From NCBI RefSeq assembly GCF_009914755.1, contig NC_060926.1: a stretch of 64,000 bases of DNA; one strand, given 5' to 3'. The notes below the pieces were generated by a model. It had not been told where the DNA came from and did no database searches. It saw only the letters and a list, made by a program, of their open reading frames with translations. The position numbers and the translations under genes are program-made. Positions 1 through 12,449 of the stretch are shown here, in pieces (the stretch's first letter is position 1; each line of letters opens with the position of its first letter). This DNA is from the human T2T-CHM13v2.0 reference genome, Homo sapiens.

Positions 1-817
1 TGTTTCATTTTGTTTTATTTTGGTCTTCATTGAGTTGTAAATATGTTAATAACAGTTATGATCTTGTCATGGTAGTAGAGTTTGGAATTTTTCAAAATAT
101 CCTGAGATTCATCAAAGCCTTTGTATTCTCAATTTGTGTGTGAAGTATAGAATAGTTTTGCAAGCACAAATGAAACCAATGATAAAGACATACACAATAC
201 TTACAGGATAGTGATAAAAAGACACGCAGCTCTCCAGATGTAAGTAATGGAGCTTAAATTGTGTCCTCAAAAACTATTAAAAAGAAAATTGGAAGAAACT
301 AATTACAAATTACGGAAAATTGGAAGCATTTCTCCTTATTACAAAAATACATTCCTAAGCATTAGATATATTACCCCAGGGTTGGTTATAGAAATATAAT
401 AACGTTCAGTGGGTTTATTGAGAAGCTCTATGTTGAATTTTCTTCACAAACTCAACGTTTTCAGTGTTTGCATTTCGTCTTTGTAAATAAGCATGCTCAT
501 AATCCAATTTTGCATAATTCAACATTTCTCATGACATGTTACATTCAATTATGTCACCCACACGTTTCTCCCCCACATTTGCAAAGTATTTCCTCCTTCT
601 CAAGTTCATTTACTAAAGTAGTTTGATATTTTGCTTCCTCCTCATATTCTAAGATAATAAAACTGGATCTCTTAAAACTGTTTTAGCCATACATTTTCAT
701 TAACAATTTCAAATACATTTATGCATATATGTAATACATTCTTGCCAACTGATATATTTAAATTTTGCAAGTCCTAATATATCTCAGTATACTTGACTCA
801 GATAAATATAATATTAG

Positions 818-1230
<413 letters not shown>

Positions 1231-1844
1231 GCAAAGGCAGTCTTTTTATCCACTTATAAGACATGTTTAATCCATCATAGTCCACAAACATTTTTCCGAA
1301 CAAGTTCACCTAAGAGATTCATGGGAATAAATGATGTAAGCACAAATATTTAAACCCAATGCTCACTAATGGAAATGAAATTAGGAATATATGCACATAG
1401 GGAAACACTTCTAAAACCTCTGGAATCAAGGAAGAGTAAAACTCCATGTAACAAACTTTGAGGGATTCTTTTTCATTAACTGCAGAAATGTCAAGATTTT
1501 AGGAAGACTAATTGATGACTTTACCATCCTGTAAAACATAACAACAAAAAGAAAATGTGAGCTTCTGTAACATATAATTAGAGGAGCTGAGGGCAAAAGC
1601 AAAGGTAGGAGAGGGGTCACATCATAACCACTCCACTTTGAATAACTTCCCATTCAACTGGCTTAATGATATTTGAATGGAGTAGCAATGGAAAAAGCAA
1701 AGCAAACGTAATTATATTAGCCAGGAACAGTTAAGTAACAGCCTTTATTTACTTCATTGTTTCTATCACTTTGCATGTAAGCATCAGAAAGAAGGCCATT
1801 TGAACGTTATGTCATATCATCCCCATTCCAATTACTAAGCATCA

Positions 1845-2205
<361 letters not shown>

Positions 2206-2499
2206 CTATCTCCTCCAGGTTATTTTACCAACACCATGCTTTTTACCCAGCCTCACACATATCAAGCCATTCCTGCGTCTAAGACTTATGATTCACAATC
2301 TCTTTTTACAGAATAATTTATCCCAATATTTTTTAGTTCTCAAGTCACTCGGGTATGTGCTCAGATTGTAACAGCGAATAAATGAAAATAATTCAAATGT
2401 CCAGCTTAAGGGGAATAAGTATGTAAACGATGTGGGATGTTGTGAAGCCATTAGAATAACACTGATAAGAAGATCCAGGAGCAATAATTTCAGTGAAAA

Positions 2500-4020
<1,521 letters not shown>

Positions 4021-4025
4021 AAGGG

Positions 4026-6012
4026 AAATTTTGGGAGTAATATCACCTCTCCCCATGTGGTTATTAAGGACAAAATGCCAGGGTGGCTGTACAGTTCCTA
4101 CGTTGTTGGCAGTAATATCATCCACTCACCCTCTGGATATGAGGAACCACATCACAGAAGAGGTGTACACCCCCTTCGATATTGTCAGCAATGTCATCCT
4201 CTTCCCTCCTGGATATTAGGAACAATACCCCGGGGTTGGGGGCAGTGTATACCCACTGCGATATGGAAAGTAATATCAGCCTCTTTCCCACTGGATATTA
4301 GGAACTATATCACGTGTGTGTGTGCACCTTCTGGGATATTGGGAGTAATATCAGCTTCTACCCCGCTGCATATTAGGAACAATATACGGGGGGCGGGGAG
4401 GGTTACACCCCCTGCGATATTGAGCGTAATATTATTCTCTTTTCCCTGTGCATTAGGAACTATATCACAGGGGTCTGTACACCTTCTGCGATATTGGGAT
4501 TAACGTTATCCTCTCCCTCATTGAATATCAAAAACAATATCACAGAAGGGTGTACACCCCCTGTGATATGGCCAGTAATATCATCGTCTCTACCTTTAAA
4601 TACTAGGAACAACATCACAGAGGGTGTCTACACCCCCTGCGATATTGGGCATAATGTTATCCTCTCTTCCCCTGGTTATTAGGAACAGTATCCCTGGTGG
4701 GGGGAGGTGGAGTACATTAAGAACATCACTGGGTGGGTGTACACCCTCTGCGATATTGGGTGTATTATCCTCTGTTTCCCAGGATATTAAGAACAATATC
4801 ACAGGAGGGGTGTACAGCCCCTGCGTTTTTGGGAGTAATAGCATCCTCTCCCCCTCTCGATACAAGGAACAATATCCCAGGGTGGGTGTACATCCCCTGC
4901 GCTACTGGGCGTAATGTCATCGTCTCCCAACGTGGATATTGGGAATAATGTCACAGGGGGGTGTTCACCGTCTTCGATATTAGGAGTAATATCATCCTCT
5001 CCCCTCAGGATTGTAGGCAAAATATCGAAAGGGTTTTACAACTAGTGCGATATTGGCAGTAATATCATCCTCCTCCAACCTAGATATTAGGAACTTTATC
5101 ACAGGTGGCTGTACACTTCTTGCCATATTGGGAGTAATATCATCCTCTCCCATCATGGATATTAAGAACAATATTACAAAGGAGGTGTACACCCCCTGCA
5201 ATATTGAGAGTAATATTATGCTCTCCCCTTCGGGATATCAGGAACAATATCGCAGGAGGTGTGTACAACCCCTGTGATATTGGGAGTAATATCATCCTCT
5301 CCCCCTGAATAGAAGAAACAATATCACAGGAGGATGTACACCCCCTGCCATATTGGGAGTCCTATCGTTTTCTCCCCCTCTGGATATTCGGAACAATATC
5401 ACGGTGGGTGTGTACACCCCCTGCGATATTGCCGCTAGTTGTTTCATCGTCTCCCTCCCAGCATATCCCCAGCATATCAGGAACAATATCACAAGGGGGT
5501 GTACACCCCCTGCGATATTGGGGGTAATATCTTCCTCTCCGCCACTGGCTATTGGGAACAATGTCACAGAAGGGGTGTACACCCCCGGCTCTATTGGGAG
5601 TGATATCATTCTCTCTGTCCCTGGATATTAGGAACAATGTCGCTAGGGAATGTACACCTCCTGCAATAGGGAGACTGATATCATCCTCTCGCCCCCTGGA
5701 TATTAGGAACAATATCACAGGGTTGGTGTACACCCCCTGCGAAATCGGAAGAAATATCACCCTCTCCACCTTTGGATGTTAGGGACAATATCACGGGGAG
5801 GTCTACGCCCCTGGGATATTGGGAGTCGTATCATCCTCTCCCACCCAGGATATTAGGAACAAGATGACGGAAGGGATGTACACCCACTGCGATATTCTCA
5901 ATAATGTCATCCTCTACCCCCTGGCTATTAGGAATAACATCATAGAGGGGTGTACACTTTCTGCGCTATTGGGAGTAACATCATCCTCTCCCCCCCGGAT
6001 ATCAGGAACAAT
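4026..6012 (+). repeat. SATR1/SATR2-like ~75-bp satellite, left arm (~26-27 monomers)
   Basis: Tandem diverged monomers, consensus approx. GATATTGGGAGTAATATCATCCTCTCCCCCCTGGATATTAGGAACAATATCACAGGGGGGTGTACACCCCCTGC. Confidence 0.9.
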
Positions 6013-6740
6013 TATATTATTATTAATATTAATAGACATAATAAAAATTAATAGTATTCATCGATATTAATAATTACAATAAAGATAGTAATTAATCCGA
6101 TATCAGGAACAATTATATTATTAATATTAATAGACATAATAAAAATTAATAGTATTCATCGATATTAATAATTACAATAAAGATAGTAATCCTGGTTAAA
6201 AATATTAACCATTAGTATTAATAATTAATAGTAATATCACTATTAATAAAATGATGATACCGGTAATTAATGTTACTTAAATCAATAATAAGTCATCAAA
6301 ATAATTTGATAAATTATTAATAAATTAATTTTCAATATATTTTTAATAAAATTTTATATAAGTATAAATAATTAATGTTTATTAATTATTTATAAATAAT
6401 TAATGTTTATTAATTATTTATAAATAATTAATATTTATCAATTATTAATAAATATTATAATTAAAAATATGAATTATACTATATAATATATTATATATTA
6501 TTGATTTATAAATAATTAATATTCATTAATTATTAAGGGATAATAATTAATAAATTAATAAATTAATTAAGATTAATAACTGATATTACTGATAAATGAC
6601 ATTAATATCAATAATTAATTTTAATCGTGCATGATCGTATATTTAAAATAATTATCGATATTTAATAATGTTACACTATTAATATTAACGTTGATAATTA
6701 CTACTAAAATTGATAACTGGTGTTTAATAATTGATACTAT
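6013..6740. repeat. Extremely AT-rich low-complexity core between the inverted satellite arms
   Basis: Almost only A/T with many ATTAAT/AATATT dyads. Contains a ~95-bp duplication and a 28-bp x3 tandem repeat. Confidence 0.92.
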
Positions 6741-9357
6741 TATTACTCCTAATACCGCAGGGGGTGTACACCAACCTGTGATATTGTTCCTAATATCCAG
6801 GGACGGAGAGCATGATTTTTAGTTTTAATATCGCAGTAGGTGTGCATTCACCCTGTGACATTGATCCTAATATCCAGGGGGTAGAGTATGACATGACTCC
6901 CAACATAGCAATGAATGTACAGCCACCCGGTGATACTGCTCCTAATATTCACGGAAGAAGCGTATGCTATTATTCCCAATATAGCAGGGAGTGTACACCT
7001 CTTCTGTGATATTGTTCCTAGTATCCGGAGGGGGAGAGGATGATAATAATTCCAGTATCGCAGGCTGTGTTCACCCGCCCTGTGATATTGTTATTAATAT
7101 CCTGGAAGGGAGAGGATGATATTACTCCCCATAGAACAGGAGGTGTACATCCACCGTGGGTTATTGTTCCTAATCTCCATGGAGGGGAGAGGCTGATATT
7201 ACTCCCAATATGGCAGGGGGTGTACATCCACCCTGTGATATTGTTCTTAATATTCAAAGGCCGAGAGGTTGATATTACTCCCAATATCGCAGAAAGTGTA
7301 CACTCCCGTGTGATACTGTTCCTGATATCCAGAAAGGGAGAAGATGATATTCATCCCCACATCGCAGGAGGTGAACACCCACTCTGTGATATCTTTCCTA
7401 ATATGCAAGGGGAGAGAGGATAATATTATTCCCAATACTGCAGAAGATGTACACGCCCCCCCCCCCGCCCCGTGATATTGTCCTTAATATCCTTCTCTGC
7501 CCCAGGCAGAGAAGATGATATCGCAGAAAGTGTACACCCTCCAGTGATACTGTGACCATGATCCAGAAGGGAAGAGGATGATACTACTTTCAATGTCGCA
7601 GGGGGTGTACACGCCCCCAGTGATAATGTTCCTAATTTCCACGTGGGAGAGGCTGAGTTTACTCCCAATATCGCAGGGGTTATATACACTCCTTCGATAT
7701 TGTTCCTAATATCGGGGGGGAGGAGAGGATGATATTCCTCCCTGTATTGTAGAGGGTGTACATCCGTCTTTGATATTGTTCGTAATTTCTAGACGGGGAG
7801 ATGACATTACTCACAAAATCGTAAACATGCTGTGTGTCCAACGTGGATCCTAATCCAGGGAGGGATATTATTCCCCATATCGCGGGGGTTGTCCACCCCT
7901 CCTGTCATATTGTTTCTTATGTCCAGGGAGGAGAGGATGATATTGCTACCAATATCGAAGAAGTGTACACGCCCCCTGTGATATGGTTCCTAATATCCAC
8001 GTTGGGAGAGGATGATATTACTCTCGATATCACAGGGGTTGTACACCCCGCCTGTGAATTTTTCCTACTATCCAGAATAAGAGAGAATGATATTATTCCG
8101 AATAGTGCAGGGGGAGCACTCCCCACCCCCCATGGGATATTGTTCTCAAGAGCTAAAGGAAGAGAAGATCATATTACTCTTTGTACTGCAGGGGGTGTAC
8201 ACCCACCTGTGATACTGTTCCTGTTATCCAGGGAGCGAGAGCATGATATTACCCCCAATATCGCCGTGGGTGTTCACCCACTTTGTGATATTGCTCCTAA
8301 TATCCATGGGGTAGTGTATGACATTACTCCCAATATAACAGTGGGTGTACATTCACCCGGCGATATTGCTCCTAATATTCAGGGAAGGCGAAAATGATAT
8401 TACTCCCCAAATCGCAGACAGTGTACAACCCTTCTGTGATATTGCTCCTAATATCCGGAGGGGGAGAGGACGATATTACTTTCAATATCGCAGGTTGTGT
8501 ACACCCACCCTGCGATATTGTTCCTACAATCCAGGAAGGGAGAGGACGGTTTTGCTTTCCATAGAGTAGGAGGTGTACACCCACGCTAGGATTTTGTTCC
8601 TAATATCAAGGTGGGGAGAGCGTAATATTACTCCCAATATGGCAGGGGGTGTACATCCCCCCTGAGATATTGTTCTTGCCATTCAAAACAGGAGAGGATG
8701 ACATTACTCCAGATATCGAAGAAAGTGTGATATTGTTTCTAATATCCAGAAAGGAAGAAAAGGATATTAATTCCCGTATCGCAGGAGGTGTACACTCACT
8801 CTGATATTTTTCGAAATATGCAGGGGGGAAAGAGGATAATAGTATTCCCAATATCGCAAGGGTTGTACACCCCCGTGTGAGACGATGGTCCTTAATAATA
8901 TCCCAAGGCGGAGGGGATGATATTACCACATATATCGCAGAAAGTGTACACCCCCCAGGGATATAATTTCCATGATCCTGGAGGGAAGATGATATTACTT
9001 TAAATATCACAGAAGGTGTACACGCCCCCCGTGATATTGTTTCTAATTTCAACGTGGGAGAGCAGGATATGACACACAATATCGCAGGGAGTAGAACCAC
9101 TCCTGTGATACTGTTCTTAATATTCAGGGAGGAAGAGGATGATATTGCTCTCAATACAGAGGGGTGTACACCCTCTGTACAACGAGGGTGTACACCCGTC
9201 TGTGAAATAGTTCATAATTTCCAGAGGGAGAGATGATATTACTCACAACATCGTAAACAGGCAGTGAGTCCACCATGGCTCCTAAGAGCCAGGGGGGGAG
9301 AGGGGGTGGCTCTTAGTCCCCGCATCGCGGGGGGTGCCTCACCCTCCTGCGTTGTGG
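6741..9357 (-). repeat. SATR1/SATR2-like ~75-bp satellite, right arm (~34-35 monomers), inverted relative to left arm
   Basis: Monomers read GTGATATTGTTCCTAATATCCAGGGGGAGAGGATGATATTACTCCCAATATCGCAGGGGGTGTACACCC, the reverse complement of the left-arm unit. Confidence 0.9.
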
Positions 9358-11899
9358 ATTTTATTTTGTTAGTTGTTTTTTATGCGTAATTGAGGCAAAA
9401 TAGAACAAAGTGTTGAGACTTAATTCAATCTCTTTTTTTTAATGAAGGAGCTCACAGGTTGTTGGTGGAATGACTGACCTATGTCAAACGTTTATCGTTT
9501 ATTTTATCATGCCCATCCATAACTGAGAATATAATGGGCAAAAATAAGGTTATTTATTGATATAGGTGAAATAACTCAATGAAACCCCCCATACAAATTG
9601 ACATTTTTTCTTAATTATGCTGAAGAATATAGCTAACAAAACACTGCTCAGAATTTTTTGTATTAGGAAGCTCCAAGTCAGTTTGTATCTCTTGAGCCAT
9701 AAGCAGTGAAGTTAAATTTACCTTAACTTGTGATTCAAAAACAACAGAAATCTCTAGCTTATTGAGTTTTAGAAATACAATTCAACAGTGAAACAGCAGA
9801 TTCTTTCATTTTGTATTTATGTAGACTGTCATCCCAGGTCATTATAAAATAACAATTTTATTTATTTATGCTATTATTTTTATTTGCCTTGATTATTATT
9901 GTTTAGAAATGTGATTTTTATTTTTCCCCGAAGTTCATATCTAATGTCTTTTTTTTTCTGCCTACACAAATCAGTTGCAACTTCTTAGTCATAAACTATA
10001 CCTCTGATTTTGGTGATTGCTGTGTGCATGGTGTCAGACTCCTCACAAGAGGGTTCTCAATGAACAATGCGTCATGACAGCTTATCAGCTCAATAGGAAA
10101 GAAAACAAATAGGCACAATACAGGTTTTTAAACTGTATTGAACAGGCTTTAATACTGAGTTATTATGAAACAAACGCCTCATTTTATTTACCAGGAAATT
10201 AGATAAGAAATGTCAAACAGGTAGCTTGTCTTCTAGCATGATTTGTATCAATGCATTTTATCTGAAATGAGCAAAACTCCTTCCTGTGTATTGTATATTT
10301 TCATTATGGTGTTGATTTTTCTAACATTTTAAAATCTTGTTTCTAAACAACACAACCCCACTGTTAATAAGGATATTGTGCAAAAGATAGTAAATTCAGT
10401 AGGTTTAATATTCTTTATGATTAGTGCTGCCCAGTTTTGCTCCTAAGATAAACTTAAATCTAGTCATTTGATGCCAAACATCAATAAGATGATATTCAGA
10501 TAGGTACAGCTGAAGTATACAATTCATGCAGTAAAGGAGATTACTAAATTACTAAGGGAAGCAGGTAGATACGTATAAGTTAGACCCAGTCTTCCTTGTA
10601 TATATTTCATTTAGTGATATGTGAAGAGAACGTAGTAATCCATGCTGTCAGTCATATATCTAAATTTACTAATGTGATGTATATAAAGCCATCAAAAATG
10701 CTTTAAATGACAGAAAATACTTCCCAAATGGAACACAGATAATTCCTTCCAGCACAACATCCTTTTGAGAAGCATCTTGCACCAGCATCCCTCCAATATC
10801 AGGATATTAATTCAAATGCCATAGCAGAAAAAAATGCAAATTTTAGAAGTGGATCTCAAAGCTTCGTGCACTTCCTAGACACTGACTGCACATTTTTCTA
10901 TGCATTTGCTTGTGTTTGGTACTTAATTTGTGTTGTCTCTTTTCCCATACCACACATGAAAATTATATCCACCATTAAAAAAGATAAAGAAGATTTTATC
11001 TAGATAAATAAGACCAAGGAAATGCTGCTTTGGGTTTATAGATTAGATATGGATGCCAAAATTGGAGGTTGCAAGAGACAAGAAGAGAGACAACGTATAG
11101 ATAACAACTCAGTCAAAATGAAAGGTTTCCAGATATACACTACACATGACAGTGATGGCAGTTCCACAAAGGCTTCAACAATTCAGATTTGTCATCTCAG
11201 TGTATCTTCAATGTAGTGTAGCTTTTGTTCTTGTGTTCTAAGATGAAAAGGAGTAAGAATGCTATGCCTCCTTACTTCAAAAAGAATTCCCAGGAGTAAC
11301 ACTAAAGGATGTATAGGTAAATGTTTATTTCAAAATTTATTGTATGATTGGTACTTACTGTTTACTTAATGTTTATATTGACATCTCTAGTTCTGAAAAG
11401 ATAAATGATTGCAAGTTTATTTGCTAATAAATAGTGTCATTTGTAATTTCTTTTTCTCTTACATTCAAGGAGTTAAAATGAAACCTAGGACTCTACTGTA
11501 ATGCTTATTGAGAGATACTGTCTCTTTAAAGGAGACTACTTTGGGTCCCTGGTGTAATGTATTTAGAAGAAAATATTTATCAATACAAAACTTGTTTTTG
11601 TTCTAACTCCCCTCTCAAATAAAACAATTTTTTCAGGCTGAATAGAATAAAATAACATTGGCAATGGCAAAGACGTGGCGAAACTGCTCTAAAAGATTGT
11701 CAGAGAGCCTTGTTTCTCTAATTGAATTCAGATAGCCTCACTTTATTATATCTTACTCCAGATACAGCAAAAGCTCAGAGATAGAATGCCTTGTCATTAC
11801 TCTGGATCTATAAGACAATGGTTCAGGAAAGCATTTGAAGATTGGCTTTTTCTATCAGTGAAACTTACGCATAGTGTAGCAGATAGAGTTTGCAAACTA

Positions 11900-12440
11900 T
11901 ATAGCGGTATTGATCTTGTGCAAGATCATGAAAGGGATGATTTGTGAGTCACCTAAAAAACTGGTGATGCAGAATGAGAAAAAGAAGTAAAGAATTAAAA
12001 ATAGTAAAAATGACATGTTTGAAGATCAATATCTGGAAAGATATTTAGTATATTCCAGGAACTGAAAAATACGATTGTGGATCTAGCCTAGAAAATAAGT
12101 GGGAGAGTAGCATGAGATGTATGAGAGAGGTAGAATTGACCAGCAATGATTCTGTGTATCTTAATTACAAAGGGAAACCACGAAAAATTTTCAGCAGAGA
12201 AACGTTAAGATTAAAGCTGCTTTTTTTTACAAAGGAAACTTACTTGCTGCAATATGAAGAAACTATTAGAAGGAATGTATTTGTAAAACAGGAGATCCAT
12301 TAGAAAGATATTGCAGGGTTCAGGTAGATAATGCAGGCAGTAATGGTAACATTGGAGGTAAGTGGTTGGATTGAAAAGGGAAACAGGCAGTGGAATCATA
12401 GGCCATGGGACTTAAACGCATTTGGGTGTGAGGGAGAGAG
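11900..12440 (-). mobile_element. L2 LINE fragment
   Basis: Purine-rich degenerate sequence resembling the reverse strand of the L2 3' half. Confidence 0.45.
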
Positions 12441-12449
12441 GGCTGTCGA

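Noticed and set aside
4026-9357. CRISPR-like appearance (palindromic ~35-bp repeats with regular spacing)
   Set aside because: The intervening segments are themselves repeated consensus sequence, not unique spacers. The context is primate DNA and there are no cas genes.
4026-9357. Integrated viral origin or terminal repeat (herpesvirus oriP-like, parvoviral hairpin)
   Set aside because: Only an architectural analogy. There are no viral ORFs or recognisable viral motifs, and the monomer fits a known human satellite.
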